Shown one piece after another: positions 36,801 to 48,256 of a DNA stretch of 53,009 bases (position 1 is its first letter; each line of letters opens with the position of its first letter). Location of the stretch: assembly GCA_002269645.1 (NCBI GenBank), contig NIVC01003475.1, positions 43,110 to 96,118 on the forward strand, in the 5' to 3' direction. Below the pieces are notes generated by a model. The model was given only the letters and a program-made list of their open reading frames with translations. It was not told the DNA's origin and made no database searches. Source of the stretch: Macrostomum lignano (lineage: Eukaryota). A program made the translations under genes and the position numbers.

Positions 36801-39800
36801 CAAGAATGAAGATTACGTGCCATTGAAGAAGACGGTCGTATTTGAACCGGACGAGACCCAGCAGACTGTGGACGTGGAGATCATCGACGACAACCAGTGG
36901 GAGCCCGACGAGACGTTCTTTGTGAAGCTGACGCTGGAGAAAGACCAGAAGCTGGCCAGACTGGGACCGAAGAAGATCAACCAGGTCACCATCATTAACG
37001 ATGACGGTGAGACAGGGTTTCTTTGATCATTTGGACAGAGACTTACAGAGTAGAAGCTTGCCAACATTTTCATGATGGAATTCGCTGCTGACAATATCTA
37101 CCCAGCAACAGCTACACCCCTTGCCCTCAAACTCACGATGTCACGCAGTACAGAAGTCAAGCAACGTTATTTGTGATTCACCAATGCCGCTGCCGGCCAC
37201 CCATACCCGGGTAGATGTTACCGACCCCCTGCTGTGTTTCTGTTGTTCTAATATCGCATAAGGCAGTAGGACTGCCTAAGGTAAGGGCATGCATGACTGG
37301 GCGCGACAATGCATGTACGGCTGCAATATCTTAGTAATTTAATATTGTTAGACAAGTTTTCAGTTGCAGAAGGTAAAGAAGGGTTCGAAATTTGCATACG
37401 TGTATATAGTATACTCAATCATTCACGCCGGTGTAGCGAGGGAGGTTATCTCGGGAAGCAGTAAATTTCGAGACAAGCTCACAACACAGTATGACCATGC
37501 GATAAGAGCCAAGAATTGCCTAGATGTATATACTTCTATTAACTCAAGTTAGCACTTTATATCAAAGTTAAGTTACGCTTATTTATAAGATTAAAAATGT
37601 TTGCACCTAGGGCACAGGGTCTGATTGTAGAAGTCGAAGCACTAGCATGACTAGACAAGGGGATAAAAAACGGCCGGAAAATGTACTTTAGTATAGGATA
37701 GGAGGATACTGTACATTAGGGTATAGAGATCTTAAAGGGAGATATGAGGAGTATGGGGGGAGAGGCAGAGGCAGAGGCAGAGGCAGAGGCAGAGGCAGAA
37801 GCAGAGGCAGAGGCAGAGGCAGAGGCAGAGGCAGAGGCAGAGGCAGAGGCAGAGGCAGAGGCAGATGCAGAGGCAGAGGCAGAGGCAGAGGCAAAGGCTA
37901 TACTAATATTTTTAGAAAAGGGCAACAGACAGAACCTGTGCCCTGATTCAACGCAGCAGAAATAACAAATCAATATTGTCCCTAACTACAGATTATTATG
38001 GAATTCTTGCTTTGATCGAGCAAATCAGCGTGCGCCTAAAGCAGCTGGCGGTATGCAGAGAAAGTGGAACGGTTTGTTGAGTTGTTGCTGGGGAATTGAC
38101 TGCTATTGTGTTCGCGCAGGCTATACGGGTCTAGCTAGAGTCTGGATGCTGGAGCCCTATTGATGGCGAGAATATAACGGATTGAAAGCACTTTGAGTGG
38201 AGAGAATTGCCGTCTCGATAATGAATTATTTAGCAGGCTGAATGAGGACAGAATGTGCTGCAGCCATCTGATAAAAGATAAAATGTGACGCATTCTGACT
38301 GCCACACTGAATTTCGATTGAGTTCGTATGAGGTATCGTCAGATAAAATATGGTTTCTGATTTCTGATTAAATCTTAAATCTGCTGTACTCATCTGAATT
38401 TTAACGAAATTTAGACTTGAAAGAGAGTAGAGGGTGGAGAGTTGAGAGTAGATCTGAGATTAGAGTAGATACTAGAGTAGAAAGTGGAAAATAGAGTAGA
38501 GAATAGACAGTAGACAATTGAGAGTGAAGAGTAGAGATCAGAGTAAAAAGTGGAGAAAAGAGTAGAGTAAAAAGCCGAGAGTAGAGAGTAGACAGTAGAC
38601 AGTAGAGAGTAGAGAGTAGAGAGTAGAGAGTAGACAGTGGAGAGTAGAGATTTGAGTATAAAGAGAGTAGAGAGTAGTGAGTAGACAGTAGAGAGTAGAG
38701 AGTAGACAGTGGAGAGTAGAGATTTGAGTTTAAAGAAAGTAAAGAGTAGAGAGTAGCGAGTAGAGAGTAGAGAGTAGAGAGTAGAGAGTAGAGAGTAGAG
38801 AGTAGAGAGTAGACAGTAGATAGTAGACAGTAGAGAGAAAAGAGTAGATGGTAGACAGTAGAGAGTAGAGATTAGAGAGTAGCGAGTAGCGAGTAGAGAG
38901 TAGAGAGTAGAGAGTAGAGAGTAGAGAGAAAAGAGTAGATGGTAGAGAGTAGAGAGTAGAGAGTAAAGAGTAGACAGTAGACAGTAGACAGTAGAGAGAA
39001 AGGAGTAGATGGTAGAGAGTAGAGAGTAGAGAGTAGAGAGTAGAGAGTAGAGAGTAGAGAGTAGAGAGTAGAGAGTAGAGAGTAGAGAGTAGAGAGTAGA
39101 GAGTAGAGAGTAGACAACATGCAGAGGAGAGGGTCAGCCAGAGCTAAACATGTCCCAAACCAACCTGCCAGAGCCGGGCACCTTCGAGTTCGTGAACGCC
39201 AGCTACCTGTTCAAGGAGAGCTGCGGCCGCGCCACCGTGCCAGTTCGCCGGGTGAACGGAGCGGACGGAGTGGCGAAGGTGTCGTGGAAGACCGAGGACC
39301 AGACCGCCCGCGCCGGCTGCGACTATGAGGCCTCCAGCGGCGAGCTGATTTTCAATCACGGCGAAATTGAAAAGACCATCGAGGTGGCCATCTATGACGA
39401 TCAGGTGAGTTCCGGCTGGCGATGATGCAATCACTGCTTTAGGTGATGGGTCTTTTTCATTATTCTTTCTCCCTCCGCCTCTTCCTCTCATCCTCTCTCT
39501 CATTCTCTCACCCTCCATCTCACCCTATCATCCTCCGCCTCGCCCTCTTATCCTCCGTCTCACTCTCTCACCCTTCGACTCACCCTTTCATCCATCGTCT
39601 CACCCTCTCACCCTCCGTCTCACCCTCTCACCCTTCGCCTAACCCTCTCACCCTCCGTCTCACCCTCTCACCCTTCGCCTAACCCTCTCACCCTCCGTCT
39701 CACCCTCTCATCCTCCGTCTCACCCTCTCATCCTCCGTCTCACTCTCTCACACTCCGACTCACCATCTCACCCTCCGTCTCACCCTCTCACCCTCCGATT

Positions 39801-42800
39801 CACCCTCTCACCCTCCGTCTCACCTTTTCATTCATTATCTCACCCTCTCATCCATCGTCTCACCCTCTCATCCTCCGTCTCACTCTCTCACCCTCCGACT
39901 CACCCTTTCATTCATTATCTCACCCTCTCATCCTCTCTCTCACCCTCTCATCCTCTCTCTCACCCTCTCACCCTCCATCTCACCCTATCATCCTCCGCCT
40001 CGCCCTCTCATCCTCTCTTTCACCCTCTCCCTCCATCTGACCCTATCGTCCTCCGCCTCGCCCTCTTATCCTCCGTCTCACCCTCTCATCCATAGTCTCA
40101 CCCTCTCACCCTCCGTCTCACCCTCTCACCCTCCGTCTCACCCTCTCATCCTCCGTCTCACCCTCTCAATTTCTCTCCTTCCAGAAACACTGTTTAAGTA
40201 ATTTTTTAACGTTAACATCATGATATTGCAGTACGAGCGTACTGTCCTTGAACATATATTTATATACGAGCGTAGCAATGTAAAGTCAGCTCCTTGTCAG
40301 TAGGCTTACTGGTATAATCCAAACGTCAACTAACTTTGATAGAAGGCTTACTTCAATACCGATATATCAGTTGGCAAAGGCAAAGAACTGTCTCACAACA
40401 ATAGAAGCAATATTATTGTTATTCCTATTTTTATAACAAGAAGCGATAAGAGACGCTGGTGAAGCAGTCAAGCGAGCATGCAGGCAGGCAGGCAGGAAGT
40501 GCACTCACTATAAGAGAGATTTTTCATTCAGTGCTTCTACGACTGTAGCCAATATTAAAATCGATAAGCTAACAATCTATTGTAGAAAACACACGCGTAG
40601 CTACCCTCAGTTCCTGACATCGGTCAACATGTACTTTATTTATTTCAAAACAGAACAAGGAGAAGGACGAGCACTTCAAGCTGCTGCTGACCGAGTGCAG
40701 CGAGGGCGCCAAGCTGGGCCAGACAAGCGCCACCATCATCACCATTGTGGATGACGACGGTAGGGCGTCGGGGTTAAGAATGCGAAATGAGTGTCCGGGG
40801 ATAAGAGCTGAATATTGGGAAATGGGTTCAATGAATTAGGAATGTTTGTTTCAAGATTAGAAACAAAAGTGAATGTTAGATAATCGGATAGGATGTCAGG
40901 AGATCAATTGGGATATCAGGAGATCAATTTGGATGTCAGGAGATCAATCGGGATGTCAGAATATCAATAATGATGTCAGAAGATCAATCGGGATGTCAGG
41001 AGATCAATCGGGATGTCAGGAGATCAATCGGGATGTCAGGAGATCAATCGGGATGTCAGAAGATCAATCAATACATCAATTGGGATGTCAGGAGATCCGT
41101 CGGGATGTCAGGAGATAAATCGGGATGTCAGGAGATCAATCAAGATGTCAGAGGATCAATTAAAATGCCAAGAAATCAGTCGGGGTGTCAGGAGATCAAT
41201 CCGGATGTTAAGAGATCAATTGAGATGTCAGGAGATCAATCGGGATGTCAGAATATCAATCATGATGTCAGAAGATCAATCGGGATGTCAATACATCAAT
41301 CGGGATGTCAGAAGCTCAATCGGGATGTCAATACATCAATTGGGATGTCAGGAGATCCATCGGGATGTCAAGAGATCAATCGGGATGTTAGGAGATCAAT
41401 TGGGATGTCAGGAGATCAATCGGGATGTCAGGAGATCAATCGGGATGTCAGGAGATCAATTTGAATGTCAGAGGATCAATCGGGATGTCAGAAGATCGAT
41501 CAGGATGTCAGGAGATCAATCGGGATGTCAAAGAATCAATTGGGACGTCAGAGGATCAATGTCTGATGTCAGACAACCCATCCAATATCCGAATCCCGCA
41601 GAGTTCAACGGGTTCATCAGCCGCCTGGCTCACACCGCCAACGTAGACCTGGACGCCATCCGGGTGGACAGGAACACCTACGCGGACCAGTTCCGGCAGG
41701 CAATGAACGTCAATGGCGGCGACATTGAGAACGCCACGGCCATAGACTATGTGATGCACTTCTTCACCTTCGGCTGGAAGGTGCGGTATAAAATGGGGAT
41801 GAGGGGAGCGGGCAGGACTTTGCTGACTGCAGTTCTTCTAGCAACCTTGTTTAATCGATAAGTTAGTCGAGAACCTGAGCAGTTGAGATCGCGTAAATTT
41901 TACTTAGGGTTTTTGTTAATCTATGAGCTTCAATTGGACAAGGAAAAAATAACATTTACTGCACTTTTAATGTAAAATTAGATGCGAATGGGTGACCACT
42001 GGCGGTTTGCAATCCAAAATGGATTCCATCATGACCTCAAAACACTCTCGCTTATCCATACTCTTCATTCACTTTCACTAGCTCTCTCCATCCCACTCTC
42101 CCATTTTATCCCTACCTCTTACCCCAACTCTCTCTCTACCCCTCTCACTCTCCGTCTCACCCTCTGACCCCCACTCACTCACCCTCACTCTCTCTCCCTG
42201 TTACTCTCCATCTCTTTCTTTCATTCTCCATCTGTCTCCCTCTCACCTTCCATCTCTCTCCTTCTCACTATTCATCTTTCTCTCCCTCTCACCCCACTCT
42301 CTCACTCCGCCCTCTCTCTTTCTCTCTCTTTGTCTCTAAAAGTACATTCTCCAATCGATGGTAATTCATCTTCTCAATTTCCCTCCCCCCCCCTTAGCAA
42401 CATGTACAGATTTAAGTTTGCATTGGCGCAAAAATCATGCAGAGTCATGCACTCAGCTGCCTGCACTGTCGCAGCTGGCAAAATTGGCATTGCCTGTTTA
42501 TTTACACACCTGGTTCCGTACAATTAGTAAGGCTGAAATGCCAAAATGTGCCCCATGTTAGGGAATTGCATTTCGTTTTTCCACTAGACTGGTAAGCGGA
42601 AATAGGCGGCAGACACTAATGCAGACACTAGGAGAGACTCTAGGACAGACACTTGGACAGACACTAGGACAGACTCTAGGACAGACACTAGGACAGACTC
42701 TAGGACAGACACTAGGACAGGCACTAGGACAGACACTAAGCCAGAAACTAGGACAGACACTAGGACAGACACTAGGACAGACACTAGGAGAGACTCTAGG

Positions 42801-45800
42801 ACAGACACTTGGACAGACACTAGGACAGACACTTGGACAGACACTAGGACAGACACTAGGAGAGACTCTAGGACAGACACTAGGACAGACACTAGGACAG
42901 ACACTAGGACAGACTCTAGGACAGACACTAGGAGAGACTCTAGGACAGACACTAGGACAGACACTAGGACAGACTCTAGGACAGACACTAGGACAGGCAC
43001 TAGGACAGACACTAAGCCAGAAACTAGGACAGACACTAGGACAGACACTAGGACAGACACTAGGAGAGACTCTAGGACAGACACTTGGACAGACACTAGG
43101 ACAGACACTTGGACAGACACTAGGACAGACACTAGGAGAGACTCTAGGACAGACACTAGGACAGACACTAGGACAGACACTAGGACAGACTCTAGGACAG
43201 ACACTAGGAGAGACTCTAGGACAGACACTAGGACAGACACTAGGACAGACTCTAGGACAGACACTAGGACAGACTCCAGGACAGACACTAGGACAGACAC
43301 TAGGACAGACACTAGGACAGACTCTAGGACAGACACTAGGACAGACACTAGGACAGACACCAGGATTCCATGATTAGAGCATCCACCTGAGCCATCGTCA
43401 TTCCGCAGATAATATTCGCAGTGATCCCGCCACCCAGCATCTGGGGCGGCTGGCTCTGCTTCTTTGTCTCGCTGGCCATGATCGGCATGCTCACCGCCAT
43501 CATCGGCGATTTGGCGTCGATCTTCGGTTGCCTGGTCGGCCTGAAAGACTCGGTGACCGCCATAACCTTCGTTGCGTTGGGCACCTCTCTGCCGGATCTC
43601 TTCGCCAGCAAGCAGGCCGCCACGGCAGACGACTCCGCTGACAACGCGGTTGGCAACGTAACTGGCAGCAACTCGGTGAACGTTTTCCTGGGCCTCGGGC
43701 TGCCCTGGATGATTGCCGCTATTTACCACACTGCCAAGGTAAACAGCCACATGCTGGGATGCTTGATGGTAGCAAATGGGTTTGCGACACCCGAGCACGC
43801 GCTCACACAGAGCACGGTTGTACGAGCGGGTCCGACTTTCTCAGAGTCAGGCAAAGTACATTCATAAACATTTTAATCAGGGGCGTCGCCACCGGGGGGA
43901 CAGGGGGACATGTCCCCCCAGTAAAAGCTTTGTCCCCCTCCACCTCGTGAACTCGTTATGGAAATCAATAATTTTGCATCAGGGTGACAAAACATAGTGC
44001 CTGCGGCGCCAAAATGAGTGCCTGCCTGCGGCGCGAAAATGAGTGCCTGCCTGCGGCGCGAAAATGAGTGCCTGCGGCGCCAAAATGAGTGCCTGCCTGC
44101 GGCGCCAAAATGAGTGCCTGCCTGCGGCGCGAAAATGAGTGCCTGCGGCGCCAAAATGAGTGCCTGCCTGCGGCGCCAAAATGAGTGCCTGCCTGCGGCG
44201 CCAAAATGAGTGCTTGCGGCGCCAAAATGAGTGCCTGCGACGCCAAAATGAGTGCTTGCGGTGCCAAAATGAGTGCCTGCGACGCCAAAATGAGTGCTTA
44301 CGGCGCCAAAATGAGTGCCTGCGGCGCCAAAATGAAACACCGAACACAGATTCTGAAAATAATGTATATGTAGGAATTTAGTCATGTACATGTAGAATTC
44401 TTGGCTTTGTCCCCCCCCCACCATAAAATCCATGGCGACGTCCCTGATTTCATTTCATAGACCTTCATAAACATTGTGAATCCAGTTGATTCCAATTAGC
44501 TAAAAAGCTGACAAATTGATGCAATAAAGATTATGCTTCGTTTCGTGACTGGATTGAATGAAAACCCCTCCCTAGTTAGTTCGGATGAATTCAGCGAGAA
44601 TTTTATGTGCCAAATTAAATTAAATTGACGTCGAGCGGCAGCGACATCAAGTTAAAAATGAACAAGTTTCTGAACACGCGCTGGAGGTCCCAAAAGGTAT
44701 TTGGGCTACAAGGCATGTATCACAGTTTACGACATGTGGCTAAGACAGTGGACAGTCAAAGATTACAACGCTAAAAGTAGCAGTACGTACAGTCTGTCAC
44801 TAAAATTCTGCATCGTTGACCTTGGATACCGTCGCTATGGGAGATGAATTTCACGGGATTTTAGCCTGTGGTTGCGAAGCCTGTGTTTAATAAGACCCGG
44901 GTCTCAGGTCTTCGTCTACTCGTATGAGATGAATTGAAGCTGTGTCGCACCTGGCTACAGATGCCTCCTGTCCCGTTGTCAATGGCAACCGTAGCGTCTG
45001 TTCCGGTTTGTGGCGGGCTAGGACAGCCTGTCTGTGTGTTAGGCTGCTGAGCTGAGTGAATTATTAATGCAAATTGAGGGCTGCTAACTTTGGACTCACT
45101 GGGGAGACCCTTGGAGACGGTAAGACTCGTGAATCAGCGATGAAGCAGCCTCATTTCTTATACGGTGTGTAAAAAAAGTATTCAAAGGTATACACGCTCA
45201 ACTGTGAGTAGATAATTTCTCCATAGTTTCGCTTATCAAAGCCTCAAAAGTTGGCAAACCTCAACTGCTGCAGTGCCGACGGAGGTGTCGACGGAGTCGG
45301 TGTGATGACAGGGCCGGAATACTTGAGAGTTGAGGCTTGCCTATAGTCACCTGGTGCCACCGGTTGAAGGTCCAGAAGCTCTGCCTGGGTAAAGACCAGT
45401 GATAAACGAAGTCAGAGCTGATGCAGACACATGTGGTCGACATGCCGATGAAATTTGGAGGCTTGGCAAGGCTGCACTAAAGCGCAGTGCTGATTGGCGC
45501 ACAGGAGTGACAGAAGTGTTGCAAATCTCGACGGTCTAGAGGGCTGGAGACTTGATTATTGTTTGAGAAGGTTAAAATGTTAGTCTGTGTTCTTAAATTT
45601 TGTGCGTCAGGGTTGGATCTCCCGATATTAATAAAAACTGAAAATAAAAAACCCAACAGCAGCCAGTGATGAATCTAAGAATTTTCGTCAGGCATGTACA
45701 CTCTCTAGGCCTTGTTGGGGGTTGTCTTTCATGGCCGACTGCGTCCATTTATCCATTAATTGCATACTCGCCCAACTAATTCCTTCCCCAACACCAGGGT

Positions 45801-46040
45801 GGCAGCTTCAACGTGCCCGCAGGTGACTTGGTGTTCTCCGTCATCCTGTACACCGTGTGCTCCATGCTGGCCATTGTGCTGCTCATACTGCGCCGCTTCG
45901 TGAAGCCGTTCGGCTGCAGCGAGTTGGGTGGCAACCGGACACTGAAGTTCGTGTCCGGCGGCTTTCTCTGCACCCTGTGGCTGTTCTACATTGTCATGTC
46001 CGCGCTCAAGGCCTACGGAGTTATCGTGGCGAATTTCTAA
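33160..46040 (+). CDS. ncx: Sodium/calcium exchanger (NCX, SLC8 family), 809 aa, 7 coding exons
   Basis: Exons 33160-33850, 36359-37006, 39172-39404, 40654-40759, 41602-41780, 43409-43738, 45798-46040; all GT-AG with matching phases; 2430 nt. Alpha-1 repeat ALGSSAPE/GSAAFN, alpha-2 repeat ALGTSLPD/GSNSVN, two Calx-beta domains, SRAWYRINATR motif. Confidence 0.95.
33930..34172. repeat. 33-bp minisatellite, about 7 copies, NCX intron 1
   Basis: GGGGTAGCGACTCCCCATTCAATGACCGATCAA units. Confidence 0.93.
36359..37006 (+). CDS. ncx: NCX exon 2: catenin-like region and CBD1
   Basis: SRAWYRINATR; TVDGTA; IIDDNQWEPDETF; phase 1 to 1. Confidence 0.93.
37759..37893. repeat. (GAGGCA)n hexamer microsatellite
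   Basis: About 22 units in NCX intron 2. Confidence 0.96.
38420..39115. repeat. (AGAGTAG)n heptamer repeat
   Basis: Ends about 55 nt upstream of the NCX exon 3 acceptor. Confidence 0.95.
39172..39404 (+). CDS. ncx: NCX exon 3: CBD2 first part
   Basis: EPGTFEF..KESCG..VRRVNGADG..GELIFNHGEIEKTIEVAIYDDQ. Confidence 0.92.
39465..40170. repeat. Pyrimidine-rich 20-bp repeat
   Basis: CTCACCCTCTCACCCTCCGT units in NCX intron 3. Confidence 0.93.
40654..40759 (+). CDS. ncx: NCX exon 4: CBD2 second part
   Basis: Absent from the ORF track; aacag acceptor, gtaggg donor; NKEKDEHFKLLLTECSEGAKLGQTSATIITIVDDD; phase 0 to 1. Confidence 0.9.
40885..41560. repeat. 20-bp minisatellite
   Basis: GGGATGTCAGGAGATCAATC units in NCX intron 4. 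Confidence 0.94.
41602..41780 (+). CDS. ncx: NCX exon 5: end of cytosolic loop
   Basis: TYADQFRQAMNV..DYVMHFFTFGWK; cgcag acceptor, gtgcgg donor. Confidence 0.92.
42060..42335. repeat. CT-rich low-complexity tract
   Basis: Polypyrimidine on the plus strand. Confidence 0.85.
42620..43370. repeat. 12-bp minisatellite with 276-bp higher-order period
   Basis: CTAGGACAGACA units; the variant GCACTAGGAC..AAGCCAGAAA recurs at 42721 and 42997. Confidence 0.95.
43409..43738 (+). CDS. ncx: NCX exon 6: alpha-2 repeat
   Basis: IIFAVIPPPSIWGGW..CLVGLKDSVTAITFVALGTSLPDLFASK..GNVTGSNSVNVFLGLG. Confidence 0.95.
43878..44446. mobile_element. hAT-like MITE with an internal 21-25 bp tandem repeat (about 15 units), in NCX intron 6
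   Basis: 14-bp TIR CAGGGGCGTCGCCA / TGGCGACGTCCCTG (1 mismatch); flanking 8-mers ATTTTAAT and ATTTCATT agree at 6 of 8 positions; related copy at 30233. Confidence 0.7.
45798..46040 (+). CDS. ncx: NCX exon 7: final TMs and stop
   Basis: FNVPAGDLVFSVILY..ILRR..ELGG..LWLFYIVMSALKAY; TAA at 46038-46040. Confidence 0.93.
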   Translation, partial: GGSFNVPAGDLVFSVILYTVCSMLAIVLLILRRFVKPFGCSELGGNRTLKFVSGGFLCTLWLFYIVMSALKAYGVIVANF

Positions 46041-46309
46041 TCAAAACCGGGTGGAGCCAGGCTCGGGATCAGCAGATTTTGACTCGAAAACAGAATGAAA
46101 ACACATTTTAAAGATATTTAAAACTTAGCTTGACTCGTATTATTTAAAAAAAAATTATTCGCTTTTAGAGTCATGCATCTCCGTAACAAGTCATTATGAC
46201 GGCCTTATATAATTGTTGTAATGAAATGACAGGTTTAAAATTTTAAAAGTTCTTGCTAGGCTTGGATGGAGCGAGTATTGCTTTCATCAATATTGTTAAT
46301 TCTATCATT

Positions 46310-46380
46310 ATTGTTATTATATTAGCTGTTATTATTATTATATTATTATTATTATTATTATTATTACTATTATTATTGAC
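46310..46380. repeat. (ATT)n microsatellite in the NCX 3' region
   Basis: Imperfect ATT run. Confidence 0.85.
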
Positions 46381-47879
46381 AAATACTAATATTATATATT
46401 ACTCGCTACTATTTTATGCTATTATTTTCATTACATTTTCTTTATTTAAAAGTTTACTGTTTGGCTCGCTTATCAGCTGCTTTAGAATTCTCCTGGATGG
46501 CGTATCGCTTATTTTTAATTAAACTAGTTTATATATTGCGAACGAATATATTCACCACCTGCCTACTGATAGTAGTAAAAATCTATTTGCTTTTAAGCAG
46601 ATTTTTTTAAAAAAGTGCACAAAATATTTTCTAAACTATAAACAAAAATTGAAGTTCAACATGCTTACCTTGAAGCTACTGCCTTTGTTATAATCAGATT
46701 TTGTTTTGCTATTGCTTTTTATTATTATTTACTTTATAATTTTGTTGAATCATGATTTTTATTGGCTTCTTATCTGACCTTGACTTCTCTGGTTCCGCAT
46801 ATATTATTTTATAAATGGCAGTTCGTTCATGAGATACTTAGCTCTTCAGACCGCGCGCGTAACATATTTTAAAACTTTTAAATATTTTGTCAAATTTAAA
46901 CAAAAAGTACTAAAATCAGGCAAACTAAACCCAAGCTTCTATAATCTGTGTCAGTTTAATAAATCTGAACTTGAAAAGATTTTTTACTTTCTGTCAGTAA
47001 ATAATAAACAAGTTAATAAAAGCTTTTGCTAAATTGTTTAACAAAAACTAATATATATATTTTGTCATTTTTCCGTCTCGTAATTTTTTTAACCAGGTTA
47101 CGTAAATCCCATCACTTGATATCTTTTTATTGAAGGGTTGGATCTAATGTAAATTGGACGTCTGCCTCAAATGGGCCACTATGGGAATTATTCCAACTAA
47201 TGGGAATTTCCCAATTTCTGATTCAGAGCCATGAGTGCCAATCCCAAAGGTACAGAGACGGCGATTAGAAATCAGGGGCCGCTGATGTGTACATCCAGTA
47301 ACATCCTGTGTGAACATCAGCGCTGGTTGCGTGACGATGTAGCCGACGAAGGTGTTGCACAAAGGTTCGCACATCCCACAAGCAAATTTTAATAGAATTT
47401 ATGGGCATTAAAAATGCTTTTATATTTGAGCCAGAAAATTGTGAGAACAACATGCAAATCACTGAAAACAATTCGACTGAGCTGATGTTAAGAGGCTAAA
47501 TTTTTGTTTCTAAGAAAGGCATTGCCTGCCTTGTACATGCAGCTCGTAACCAAGACAATTGATAAAATATTGGTAGTGTCATTAATGTAATAATACATGT
47601 AGAGCATGGTTTCCGAGGTCTTTAATGCTATGGCTCTCTATGCTATGCTATGGGAAATCCCAGGGGCGCAAAAGACCGCTTTCAATACTAAAAATCAATG
47701 AGCGTTAATGAGATTTCCTAAATTGTGGTATAGCAATAGGATCCTTCTTAAATGTTGGTTATTGCGTGTATCAATGCATATGGCACTGTATTCATAACTG
47801 ATAAGATGCTGAATATTTATCAGACTTCTTTTAACAGAATCAATTTGTTTGAGTGTTTATCAGCTTTTATTTAATTCTT

Positions 47880-48165
47880 CATCAGAAAGTTCATTTGATT
47901 CTTAATCAAACATTTCATTAGATTCTTCAACACACAGACTTTCATTTGATTCTTCATCAGACAGTTCATTTGATTCTTCATCAGACAGTTCATTTGACTC
48001 TTCATCAAACATTTCATTAGATTCTTCAACACACAGACTTTCATTTGATTCTTCATCAGACAGTTCATTTGATTCTTCATCAGGCAGTTCATTTGATTCT
48101 TCATCAGGCAGTTCATTTGATTCTTCATCAGACAGTTCATTTGATTCTTCATCAGGCAGTTCATT
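47880..48165. repeat. 24-bp minisatellite downstream of the hunchback-like stop
   Basis: TTCATTTGATTCTTCATCAGRCAG units. Confidence 0.92.
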
Positions 48166-48256
48166 AGATAATCAATACATTCCGAGAGCAGGCAGTATGT
48201 TCCCCCCGAAACTATTAATTTCCCAGAGATGCAGCTTCTCACTCAGCGATGCTTCA

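Noticed and set aside
37688-37973. Poly-AE / poly-LP / poly-AS ORFs
   Set aside because: Translations of the intronic (GAGGCA)n microsatellite.
42584-43798. 404-aa minus-strand ORF and 252-aa GQTL ORF
   Set aside because: Antisense of NCX exon 6 fused to a 12-bp intronic repeat; the GQTL ORF is the repeat itself.
44560-45600. Possible LINE fragment in NCX intron 6
   Set aside because: No recognisable endonuclease or RT motifs in any frame I translated.
47871-48242. MKNQMNCL repeat ORF after the hunchback-like stop
   Set aside because: Translation of a 24-bp tandem repeat, not in a supported frame.
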